Source: Scyliorhinus canicula (Eukaryota). From it: a stretch of DNA of 64,000 nucleotides. Both the position numbers and the translations under genes were made by a program. Where the stretch lies: NCBI RefSeq assembly GCF_902713615.1, contig NC_052175.1, positions 7,457,941 through 7,521,940 of the forward strand, in the 5' to 3' direction. The notes below the pieces were generated by a model. That model was not told where the DNA came from. It worked only from the letters and a program-made list of their open reading frames with translations, and made no database searches. Positions 24,141 to 35,965 of the stretch are shown piece after piece (positions within the stretch are counted from its first letter, which is position 1; each line of letters begins with the position of its first letter).

Positions 24141-26960
24141 GTGTTGAGTATCGCTAATCAACTTGTTCTTTTCAAGATGATTATAAACCCTATCTCTTAT
24201 AACCTTTTCCAACATTTTACCCACAACCGAAGTAAGGCTCACAGGTCTATAATTACCAGGGTTGTCTCTACTCCCCTTCTTGAACAAGGGGACAACATTT
24301 GCTATCCTCCAGTCTTCCGGCACTATTCCTGTCGACAAAGACGACATAAAGATCAAGGACAAAGGCTCTGCAATCTCCTCCCTGGCTTCCCAGAGAATCC
24401 TAGGATAAATCCCATCTGGCCCAGGGGACTTATCTATTTTGACATTTTCTAAAATTGCTAACACCTCCTCCTTTTGAACCTCAATTCCATCTAGCCTGGT
24501 CGACTGAACCTGAGTGTTCTCCTCGACAACATTGTCTTTCTCCAGTGTAAACACTGACGAAAAATATCCATTTAATGCTTCCCCTATCTCCTCTGATTCC
24601 ACACACAACTTTCCACTACTATCCTTGATTGGCCCTAATCTTACTCGAGTCATTCTTTTGTTCCTGATATACCTATAGAAAGCCTTAGGGTTTTCCTTGA
24701 TCCTATCCGCCAACGACTTTTCGTGTCCTCTCCTCGCTCTTCTTAACTCTCCCTTTAGGTCCTTCCTGGCTAACTTGTAACTCTCAAGTGCCCTAACTGA
24801 GCCTTCATGTCTCATCCTAACATAAGCCTTCTTCTTCCTCTTGACAAGTGCTTCAACTTCCTTAGTAAACCACGGCTCCCTTGCTCGACAACTTCCTCCC
24901 TGCCTGACAGGTACATACTTATCAAGGACACGCAGTAGCTGTTCCTTGAAAAAGCTCCACATTTCGATTGTACCCATCCCCTGCAGTTTCCTTCCCCATC
25001 CTATACCTCCTAAATCTTGCCGAATAGCATCATAATTGCCTTTCCCCCAGCTATAATTCTTGCCTTGCGGTATATACCTATCCCTGCCCATTGCTAAAGT
25101 AAACATAACCGAGTTGTGATCACTATCACCAAAGTGCTCACCTACATCTAAATCTAACACCTGGCCGGGTTCATTACCCAGTACCAAATCCAATGTGGCC
25201 TCGCCCCTTGTTGGCCTGTCTACATACTGTGTCAGAAAACCTTCCTGCACACACTGCACAAAAACTGACCCATCTATAGTACTCGAACTATAGTATTTCC
25301 AGTCAATATTTGGAAAGTTAAAGTCCCCCATAACAACTACCCTGTTACTCTCGCTCCTGTCAAGAATCATCTTTCCAATCCTTTCCTCTACATCTCTGGG
25401 ACTATTCGGAGGTCTATAGACAACTCCCAACAGGGTGACCTCTCCTCTACTGTTCCTAACCTCGGCCCATACTGCCTCAGTAGACGAGTCCTCAAGCGTC
25501 CTTTCTACCGCCGTAATACTTTCCTTGATTAACAATGCCACACCCCCCCTCTTTTACCATCTTCTCTGTTCTTACAGAAACATCTAAATCCTGGAACCTG
25601 CAACAACCATTCCTGTCCCTGCTCTACCCATGTCTCCGAAATCGCCACAACATCGAGATCCCAGGTACCAACCCATGCTGCAAGCTCACCCATCTTATTC
25701 CGGATGCTCCTGGCGTTGAAGTAGACACACTTCAAACCAGCGTCCTGCTTGCCGGTGCCCTCTTTCGAACTTTTAACCCTATCCCTGACCTCACTACTCT
25801 CAACATCCTGTACACTGGGACTACAATTTAGGTTCCCATCCCCCTGCTGAATTAGTTTAAACCCCCCGAAGAGCACTAGCAAATCTCCCCCCCAGGATAT
25901 TGGTACCCCTCTGGTTCAGGTGAAGACCATCCTGTTTGTAGAGGTCCCACCTACCCCAGAATGAGCCCCAATTATCCAGGAAACCAAAACCCTCCCTCCT
26001 GCACCATCCCTGTAGCCACGTGTTCAACTCCTCTCTCTCCTTATTTCCAACTTCGCTAGCACGTGGCACGGGTAACAACCCAGAGATAACAACTCTGTTT
26101 GTTCTAGCTCTCAGCTTCCACCCTAGCTCCCTGAATTTCTGTCTCAAATCCCCATCTCTCTTCCTACCTATGTCGTTGGTACCTATGTGGACCACGACTT
26201 GGGGCTGCTCCCCCTCCCCCTTAAGGATCCCAAAAACACGATCAGAGACATCACGAACCCTGGCACCTGGGAGGCAACACACCAACCGTGAGTCTCTTTC
26301 GTTCCCACAGAACCTCCTGTCTGTTCCTCTAACTATGGAGTCCCCAATGACAAGTGCTCTGTTCCTCTTCTCCCTTCCCTTCTGAGCAACAGGGACAGAC
26401 TCTGTGCCAGAGACCTGCGCCCTATTGCTTACCCCTGGTAAGTCGTCCCCCGCAACAGTATCCAAAATGGTATACTTGTTATAGAGGGGAACGACCACAG
26501 GGGATCCCTGCACTGCCTGCCGGTTCCCTCTCCCTCCCCTGACGGTAACCCATCTACTTTCTTCTTTTACCTGAGGTGTGACTACCTCCCTATATCTCCT
26601 CTCAATAACCTCCTCCGCCTCCCGAATGATCCGAAGTTCATCCAGCTCCAGCTCCAGGTCCCTAATGCGGCTCTCGAGGAGCTGGAGTTGGGTGCACTTC
26701 CCGCAGATGTAGTCAGAAGGGACACTAGAGGTGACCCTTTCCTCCCACATTCTGCAGGAGGAACATTCAACTGCCCTAGCCTCCATTCCCACTGAACTAA
26801 CTTCCCAACTACTGAAAAATAAAAAAATAAAAAACTTGTTAGTTTAGCAATCCAATGGACAGAGCTTTTTTTTTTGGTTAGAGGAGGAGGATGGGTGGGA
26901 GACACTACGTAAGTAGTGTTTCGGGTAAAGCTGTCACTCGAGAACAGCCCCTTCACAAAC
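24141..26960 (-). mobile_element. Young CR1, 5' half: 5'UTR + intact ORF1 + endonuclease half of ORF2, RT missing
   Basis: ORF2 is split by one frameshift near 25540 and ends at ..KNKLISDTQH, just before the RT motif GF..GRSCLTNL. Confidence 0.95.
25857..26786 (-). CDS. CR1 ORF1p (Zn-finger, coiled coil, SGNH esterase-like domain)
   Basis: Open frame from ATG 26786: MEARAVECSSCRMW..CGKC..LESRIRDLELELDEL..LVIGDSIVRG..VHIGTND..DGLHLN. The GDS / G / GxND / DxxH blocks of the SGNH hydrolase fold are present. Confidence 0.9.
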   Translation of the reverse strand: MEARAVECSSCRMWEERVTSSVPSDYICGKCTQLQLLESRIRDLELELDELRIIREAEEVIERRYREVVTPQVKEESRWVTVRGGRGNRQAVQGSPVVVPLYNKYTILDTVAGDDLPGVSNRAQVSGTESVPVAQKGREKRNRALVIGDSIVRGTDRRFCGNERDSRLVCCLPGARVRDVSDRVFGILKGEGEQPQVVVHIGTNDIGRKRDGDLRQKFRELGWKLRARTNRVVISGLLPVPRASEVGNKEREELNTWLQGWCRREGFGFLDNWGSFWGRWDLYKQDGLHLNQRGTNILGGRFASALRGV

Positions 26961-29900
26961 CACCTTCAACTTACGCTGACCACACTGCACGTATGCAAAT
27001 CTCCCCGGAACAGCCAATCAGAAGCTCTGCTCTGCTGCCCTCTGCTGGATGCTCACCTTCCGTCGAACTCCTCGGGTCACTGATGCAGGTGCACCTTCAA
27101 CTTACGCTGACCACACTGCACGTATGCAAATCTCCCCGGAACAGCCAATCAGAAGTTCTGCTCTGCTGCCCTCTGCTGGATGCTCACCTTCCGTCGAACT
27201 CCTCGGGTCACTGATGCAGGTGCACCTTCAACTTACGCTGACCACACTGCACGTATGCAAATCTCCCCGGAACAGCCAATCAGAAGCTCTGCTCTGCTGC
27301 CCTCTGCTGGATGCTCACCTTCCGTCGAACTCCTCGGGTCACTGATGCAGGTGCACCTTCAACTTACGCTGACCGCACTGCACGTATGCAAATCACCCCG
27401 GAACAGCCAATCAGAAGCTCTGCTCTGCTGCCCTCTGCTGGATGCTCACCTTCCGTCGAACTCCTCGGGTCACTGATGCAGGTGCACCTTCAACTTACGC
27501 TGACCACACTGCACGTATGCAAATCTCCCCGGAACAGCCAATCAGAAGTTCTGCTCTGCTGCCCTCTGCTGGATGCTCACCTTCCGTCGAACTCCTCGGG
27601 TCACTGATGCAGGTGCACCTTCAACTTACGCTGACCACACTGCACGTATGCAAATCTCCCCGGAACAGCCAATCAGAAGTTCTGCTCTGCTGCCCTCTGC
27701 TGGATGCTCACCTTCCGTCGAACTCCTCGGGTCACTGATGCAGGTGCACCTTCAACTTACGCTGACCACACTGCACGTATGCAAATCTCCCCGGAACAGC
27801 CAATCAGAAGCTCTGCTCTGCTGCCCTCTGCTGGATGCTCACCTTCCGTCGAACTCCTCGGGTCACTGATGCAGGTGCACCTTCAACTTACGCTGACCAC
27901 ACTGCACGTATGCAAATCTCCCCGGAACAGCCAATCAGAAGCTCTGCTCTGCTGCCCTCTGCTGGATGCTCACCTTCCGTCGAACTCCTCGGGTCACTGA
28001 TGCAGGTGCACCTTCAACTTACGCTGACCACACTGCACGTATGCAAATCTCCCCGGAACAGCCAATCAGAAGCTCTGCTCTGCTGCCCTCTGCTGGATGC
28101 TCACCTTCCGTCGAACTCCTCGGGTCACGGATGCAGGTGCACCTTCAACTTACGCTGACCACACTGCACGTATGCAAATCTCCCCGGAACAGCCAATCAG
28201 AAGCTCTGCTCTGCTGCCCTCTGCTGGATGCTCACCTTCCGTCGAACTCCTCGGGTCACTGATGCAGGTGCACCTTCAACTTACGCTGACCACACTGCAC
28301 GTATGCAAATCTCCCCGGAACAGCCAATCAGAAGCTCTGCTCTGCTGCCCTCTGCTGGATGCTCACCTTCCGTCGAACTCCTCGGGTCACTGATGCAGGT
28401 GCACCTTCAACTTACGCTGACCACACTGCACGTATGCAAATCTCCCCGGAACAGCCAATCAGAAGCTCTGCTCTGCTGCCCTCTGCTGGATGCTCACCTT
28501 CCGTCGAACTCCTCGGGTCACTGATGCAGGTGCACCTTCAACTTACGCTGACCACACTGCACGTATGCAAATCTCCCCGGAACAGCCAATCAGAAGCTCT
28601 GCTCTGCTGCCCTCTGCTGGATGCTCACCTTCCGTCGAACTCCTCGGGTCACTGATGCAGGTGCACCTTCAACTTACGCTGACCACACTGCACGTATGCA
28701 AATCTCCCCGGAACAGCCAATCAGAAGCTCTGCTCTGCTGCCCTCTGCTGGATGCTCACCTTCCGTCGAACTCCTCGGGTCACTGATGCAGGTGCACCTT
28801 CAACTTACGCTGACCACACTGCACGTATGCAAATCTCCCCGGAACAGCCAATCAGAAGCTCTGCTCTGCTGCCCTCTGCTGGATGCTCACCTTCCGTCGA
28901 ACTCCTCGGGTCACTGATGCAGGTGCACCTTCAACTTACGCTGACCACACTGCACGTATGCAAATATCCCCGGAACAGCCAATCAGAAGCTCTGCTCTGC
29001 TGCCCTCTGCTGGATGCTCACCTTCCGTCGAACTCCTCGGGTCACTGATGCAGGTGCACCTTCAACTTACGCTGACCACACTGCACGTATGCAAATCTCC
29101 CCGGAACAGCCAATCAGAAGCTCTGCTCTGCTGCCCTCTGCTGGATGCTCACCTTCCGTCGAACTCCTCGGGTCACTGATGCAGGTGCACCTTCAACTTA
29201 CGCTGACCACACTGCACGTATGCAAATCTCCCCGGAACAGCCAATCAGAAGCTCTGCTCTGCTGCCCTCTGCTGGATGCTCACCTTCCGTCGAACTCCTC
29301 GGGTCACTGATGCAGGTGCACCTTCAACTTACGCTGACCGCACTGCACGTATGCAAATCTCCCCGGAACAGCCAATCAGAAGCTCTGCTCTGCTGCCCTC
29401 TGCTGGATGCTCACCTTCCGTCGAACTCCTCGGGTCACTGATGCAGGTGCACCTTCAACTTACGCTGACCGCACTGCACGTATGCAAATCTCCCCGGAAC
29501 AGCCAATCAGAAGCTCTGCTCTGCTGCCCTCTGCTGGATGCTCACCTTCCGTCGAACTCCTCGGGTCACTGATGCAGGTGCACCTTCAACTTACGCTGAC
29601 CACACTGCACGTATGCAAATCTCCCCGGAACAGCCAATCAGAAGCTCTGCTCTGCTGCCCTCTGCTGGATGCTCACCTTCCGTCGAACTCCTCGGGTCAC
29701 TGATGCAGGTGCACCTTCAACTTACGCTGACCGCACTGCACGTATGCAAATCTCCCCGGAACAGCCAATCAGAAGCTCTGCTCTGCTGCCCTCTGCTGGA
29801 TGCTCACCTTCCGTCGAACTCCTCGGGTCACTGATGCAGGTGCACCTTCAACTTACGCTGACCGCACTGCACGTATGCAAATCTCCCCGGAACAGCCAAT

Positions 29901-30451
29901 CAGAAGCTCTGCTCTGCTGCCCTCTGCTGGATGCTCACCTTCCGTCGAACTCCTCGGGTCACTGATGCAGGTGCACCTTCAACTTACGCTGACCGCACTG
30001 CACGTATGCAAATCTCCCCGGAACAGCCAATCAGAAGCTCTGCTCTGCTGCCCTCTGCTGGATGCTCACCTTCCGTCGAACTCCTCGGGTCACTGATGCA
30101 GGTGCACCTTCAACTTACGCTGACCGCACTGCACGTATGCAAATCTCCCCGGAACAGCCAATCAGAAGCTCTGCTCTGCTGCCCTCTGCTGGATGCTCAC
30201 CTTCCGTCGAACTCCTCGGGTCACTGATGCAGGTGCACCTTCAACTTACGCTGACCGCACTGCACGTATGCAAATCTCCCCGGAACAGCCAATCAGAAGC
30301 TCTGCTCTGCTGCCCTCTGCTGGATGCTCACCTTCCGTCGAACTCCTCGGGTCACTGATGCAGGTGCACCTTCAACTTACGCTGACCGCACTGCACGTAT
30401 GCAAATCTCCCCGGAACAGCCAATCAGATGCTCTGCTCTGCTGCCCTCTGC
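26961..30451. repeat. 131-bp tandem array, ~26.6 near-identical copies, abutting the CR1 5'UTR
   Basis: Unit caccttcaacttacgctgaccacactgcacgtatgcaaatctccccggaacagccaatcagaagctctgctctgctgccctctgctggatgctcaccttccgtcgaactcctcgggtcactgatgcaggtg. ORF-track starts recur every 131 nt from 27049 to 30324. Confidence 0.99.
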
Positions 30452-31475
30452 ACGGGGAGGATGTGCAGACTCCGCACAGACAGTGACCCAAGCAGGAATC
30501 GAACCTGGGACCCTGGAGCTGTGAAGCGATTGTGCTAACCACAATGCTACCCTGCTGCCCATTTTCAACATGTCTTGCCAATTTTTATATTGAATGATCC
30601 GGCCGATGAAGGCCAGCCTACCATATGAATTCCTGACGACTTTATCCACATGTGCTGCCACGTTCCGTAATTTCTACATGCATTGGACCTTCAAATTGAA
30701 TTACCTTTCACTTGTCCGGATTAAACTCAATCTGCCATTTCCCCGTCCCTGTCTCCAAGCAGTTTATATCTTGCTGGATCCTCTGACAATCCCTTTCACT
30801 ATCCGCAACTCCACCAAGTGTTATGTTGTTTGCGAACTTAGTAATCAGACCATCTACATTTTCTTCAAAATCATTCATATACAATACAGAGAACAAAGGT
30901 CCCAGAGGTTATCCGTGTGGAACGCCGTTAGTCACAGCCTTTCATTCAGAAAAGCACCATTCGACTGCTACACTCTGAGTTCTATGCCCAAGCCAGTTCT
31001 GTATCCAACTTGCCAGCTCTCCGTTGATCCTATGTTACTTCACCTTTTGTACCGGTCCACCATGAGGTGCCATGGCAAAGTCTTTACGGAAGTCCATTTA
31101 TACAGCCTTTCCTTCGTCTATCATCTTTGCTACTTCCTCTAAAATCGATTAACTTAGTGGGGCACCACCTCCACAAAACCATGCTATCCAGCATTACTAA
31201 GCCCTGTCTGTGCGGAGTCTGCACGTCCTCCCCGTGTGTGCGTTGGTTTCCTCCGGGTGCTCCGGTTTCCTCCCACAGTCCAAATATGTGCGGGTTAGGT
31301 GGATTGGCCATGCTAAATTGCCCGTAGTGTCCTAAAAAGTAAGGTTAATGGGGGGGTTGTTGGGTTACGGGTATAGGGTGGATACGTGGGTTTGAGTAGG
31401 GTGATCATGGCTCGGCACAACATCGAGGGCCGAAGGGCCTGTTCTGTTCTGTACTGTTCTATGTTCTATGTTCTA
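30451..31475. mobile_element. HE1 SINE 5' piece (-), degenerate CR1 RT fragment (-), HE1 SINE 3' piece (+)
   Basis: SINE head at 30451-30561; YMNDFEENVDGLITKFANN..WQIEFNPDK at 30708-30896; SINE core and (ttctatg)n tail at 31204-31475. Confidence 0.8.
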
Positions 31476-33142
31476 TTTGTTTCCGAATGTAATACATCCA
31501 GTCTCTAATAATATTGTCCTATAATTTCTCTACCACTGACGTACGGCTCACCTGCCTATAATTTCATGGATTATCCCTGATGCCCTTCTGAAACAATGGA
31601 AAAACATTGGCTACTCTCCAGTGCTCCAGAACTTCACCTGTAGCCAACGACGATACAAACATTACTGTCAACGACCCAGCAATTTCTTGCCTTGCCTCCC
31701 TCAGTATTCTGGGAATGATCCCGTCCAACCCTAAGTATTATCTACTTTATTGTTTTATTAAATGTCCAACTTTATTAGATTATCATAGATTATCATGGAA
31801 TTTACTGTGCAGAAGGAGGCCATTCGGCCAATCGAGTCTGCACCGGCTCTTGGAAGGTCAACACCTCCACTCTATCCCCAAAACCCATTAACCCCAGCCA
31901 ACACTAAGGGAAATTTTGGACACTACGGGCAATTTATCATGGCCAATCCACCTAACCTGCACATCATTGAACTGTGGGAGGAAAGTGGAGCACCCGGAGG
32001 AAACCCACGCACACACGAGGAGGATGTTCAGACTCCGCACCGACAGTGACCCAAGCCGGAACGGAACCTGGGACCTGGAGGTGTGAAGAAATTGTGCTAT
32101 CCACAATGCTACCGTGTTGCATTAATATCAAAACGACTCACAATATCTACACACTCTACCCTATCATTCTTCAACACCACCATGACTGGAAGCAACAATG
32201 TTCGAAATTTCTGGAAGTGATTCCATAGAGACGAATTTCATTTGATAGATATCCATAATTTGTCTCTTCTGCTTCCAGAATAAGAATGCGAATATAGTGG
32301 TGAGTATGGGCGGCGCGGTAGAACAAGTGGATAGCACTGTGGCTTCATAGCGCCAGGGTCCCAGGTTCGATTCCCCACTGTGTCACTGTCTGTTCTGATT
32401 CGGCAAGTTCTCCCCATTTCTGCGTGGGTTTCCTCAGGGTGGTCAGGTTTCCCCCAAAGACGTGCAGGTTAGGTGGATTGGTCATGGTAAATTGCCCTTA
32501 GTGACTAAAAAGTGTAGGAGGGATTATTGGGTTCCGGGGACAGGCTGGAAGTGAGCGCTTAAGTGGGTCGGTAGAGACTCGATGGGCCGAATGGCCTCCT
32601 TGTTCAGCGCCGTAGATATAATCAGCCTGACATTTCCCTAATGCATACGAAGTCACCTGTTCTGTTTTTCTCACTTTTCATTGACCAGCTGCCCTCCAGA
32701 TCGATGTGCTGAACCGATATTGAACACCTTCAGTTGCTATTATATCACTTCGCACCATGTATTAATGAGGGAGTTACATATTTTTAACATCCAGCATTGA
32801 AGGATGGATGATATATTTGCAATGAGGGGCAATGCACCAACTAGTGCACCATACCCAAGTTAAAAGTCCTATCCGTGGAGCTTTGCTCAGCAACGGCAAT
32901 AAATGTTGCATGTGGTACATATTGCAGCAACTGAGCTAATTATGTTAAATGAGCGGAAGATCAGTGCTTCATTTTTGTGGGAACTCTTCAGTTTTTTCGT
33001 TGTTGTCAACCATGCAAGTGCTTCTTTCAGTTGTGTATTGTCGACAGTGGACATTTAATTAATGCATAATGCACAGTCTTGGCCTATTACTCTAAAATCG
33101 TAGTTAATGCTTACGCTTCGGATGTCTGTTGAAGGGCTAAAA

Positions 33143-33492
33143 ATAGAACATAGAACAGTACAGCACAGAACAGGCCCTTCGGCCCTCAATGTTGTGCCGA
33201 GCCATGATCGCCCTACTCAAACCCACGTATCCACCCTATATCCATAACCCAACAACCCCCCCCCCCCCTTAACCTTACTTTTATTAGGACACTGCGGGCA
33301 ATCTAGCATGGCCAATCCACCTAACCCGCACATCTTTGGACTGTGGGAGGAAACCGGAGCACCCGGAGGAAACCCACGCACACAGGGGGAGGACGTGCAG
33401 ACTCCACACAGACAGTGACCCAGCCGGGAATCGAACCTGGGACCCTGGAGCTGTGAAGCATTTATGCTAACCACCATGCTACCCTGCTGCCC
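33143..33492 (-). mobile_element. Full-length HE1-type V-SINE
   Basis: gggcagcagggtagcatggtggttagc head through the (gttctat)n tail. Near-identical young copies at 34013-34328 and 60445-60790. Confidence 0.92.
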
Positions 33493-34479
33493 ACGATATC
33501 AATAAATTTGGATTACAGCAAGATGCTGAGATTGCATTCATTTCAGATCGATTATTCCCTGGGAATTCTGGTGCACAAATGCTTGTATTCACTATTGCGC
33601 CCAAGACTGGGTTATGTCCATGATTTCTTACATATGGGGACTAGAAGCTCCAGTACGTACATATTCTAGAAATGAATAGAGCACGATAATCATCGAAAAT
33701 ACCCACTTCCTTTTCTTATTTGAGAGTGAAGATTATTGATGAATCAGTTGAAGGTTCTTGACCCTGCTTTTGTCTTAAATTTATAGTACTCAATTAACTT
33801 TTTTTCCAATTGAGGGGCAATTTCGAGTGCCCAGCCCACCTACCCTGCACATAATTGTGTTGTGGGAGTGAAATACCCGCAAGCAGGCGGAGAATGTGCA
33901 AACTTCACGCAGGCAGTAACCGAGAGCCGAGATTGAACCTGGGTTCATCGCCGTGAGGCAGAAGTGTTAACAACTGCGCGACCGTGCTTCCCAGTGAACT
34001 ATACTTTTTTTTTAGAACAGTACAGCACAGAACAGGCCCTTCGGCCCTCGATGTTGTGCCGAACAATGATCACCCCACTTAAACCCACGTAACCCGTATA
34101 CCCGTAACCCAACAATCCCCCCATTAACCTTACACTACGGGCAATTTAGCATGGCCAATCCACCTAACCCGCACATCTTTGGACTGTGGGAGGAAACCGG
34201 AGCACCCGGAGGAAACCCACGCGCACACGGGGAGGACGTGCAGACTCCACACAGACAGTGACCCAGCCGGGAATCGAACCTGGGACCCTGGAGCTGTGAA
34301 GCATTGATGCTAACCACCATGCTACCGTGAGGCCCCTAAACTCTGATAAATACCTCCAGTAATGTGTTCTGGCTCAGATGCGTGTCTTGAAAGAACGACA
34401 GGCTCATTTATTTGCGCTTGTCATGGCTCCATCAGTGGACAGTTGTACCAGTATTTCTCAATGACTTCAGTTATACACG

Positions 34480-35965
34480 ACTTCCGTTACGCCAGAGTCG
34501 GCCAAACACTGTACAGCCCCCCTCGCAGTAGTCAGGATGTGGAGCAGAAAATAAATCAGGAGATAGAAAAGGCATGTAAAAAAGGCAATATTACAATTAT
34601 CAGGGGGACTTCAATATGCAGGTGGACTGGGAAAAGCAGTATGGTAGTTGATTCCAAGAAAAGGAATTTGTGGAATGTCAAAGTGATGCTTTTTTGGAGC
34701 AGCTCGTGTCAGAGCCTACTATGGAACAGGTAATTCTGGATTTGGTAATGTGCAATGAAGCAGACATGATTTGGGAACTAAGGTGAAGAAACACTTAGGG
34801 AGCAGTGACCACAATATGACAGAATTCAGCCAGAGAGGGACAGGCTGCAATCAGATGTAACGATATTACCATTAAATACGCGTAACGACAAAGACATGAT
34901 GGAGGAGCTGGCCAGAGTTGATTAGATAAGGAGTCCAGCAGGAAAGACAGTGGAACAGCAATGGCAAGAGATTTTGGGGGTTATTAGGGAGGCACAACAG
35001 AAATTCATCCCAAGGAGGAGCAAACATGCTAAGGGGAGGAAAAGGCATCCATGGTTGATGAGGAATGTCAAGGACAGCATAAAAGCGAAGGAAACAGCGA
35101 TACGAAGTGGCGAGGATTAGTGGGAAGCCAAGGATTGGGAAACTTTAAAAGCGACCAGAACACAACTAAAAATCAATAAGCGGGAGAAGAGGAAGTGTGA
35201 GTGCAAGCTAGCTACCACCATGAAGAAAGATAGGAACAATTTTTCTCAATACATTAAATGTAAGAGAGAGGCAAAAACAGACGTTGGACCACTGGGAAAT
35301 GTGACTGGAGAAGTAATAATAGGAAACAAAAAAATAGCAGACGAACTTAATAGTTACTTTGCATCAGTCTTCACTGTGGAAGACATCAGTGGGATGCCAG
35401 AGCTCCAGGTTAACCTGGAAGAGGAGACAGAGGTGAGTGCAGTGACCATTACTAAGGAGGTTATGAGGAAACTCAAAGGTCTGAGGTGAATAGGTCACCT
35501 GGACCGGATGGACTGCAATCCAGTTTCCTAAAATAGAGATAGCTGAATAAATTGTGAAGGCATAAGTGATGATAATTCAGGAATCACTGAAGGCAGCAAG
35601 TGTCCCGGAGGACTGGAAAGTGGCTAATGTTTAAGAAGGGAGGGAGGCAGAAGACGGGAAATTATATACCGGTTAGCCTGAATTCGATAATTGGTAAGAT
35701 TTTAGAGTCTGTTATTATAGATAAGATCACAAAGTATTTGGAAGTATATGGTAAAATAGGACTGAGTCAGCACGGCATTGTCAAAGGGGGGGGTCGTGTC
35801 TGAGAAATGCGTCAGACAAAGGACAAGCAGTGCACGTGATTTATTTTGATTTCCAGAAGGCCTTTCACAAGGTGCCGCACTGGAGACTATAAAATAAGTT
35901 AAAAGCCCATGGTGTTAAAAGTAAGATCCTGGCATTGATAGAGATTTGGCTGACTGGCAGAAGGC
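34480..35965 (+). mobile_element. Old degenerate CR1 (EN to RT), interrupted at 35965 by a young CR1 and resuming at 38962-39085
   Basis: YSPP..SQDVEQKI, DELNSYFASVFT and NYIPVSLNSIIGKILE. The sequence ggcagaaggca..agagtggggataaag is split across the young insertion. Confidence 0.8.

Noticed and set aside
25850-25875. -1 frameshift slippery site (GGGTTTA / TTTAAAC) at the ORF1/ORF2 junction
   Set aside because: The heptamers are not in the ORF1 reading phase, and ORF2 is in the +1 frame.
26961-30451. CRISPR-like array
   Set aside because: The units are identical end to end with no unique spacers, there are no cas genes, and the context is vertebrate.
27049-30524. Series of ~98-aa ORFs (MLTFRRTPRVTDAG...) in the ORF track
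   Set aside because: Artefact of the 131-bp period, which is not a multiple of 3. They have alternative starts, overlap each other and show no protein features.
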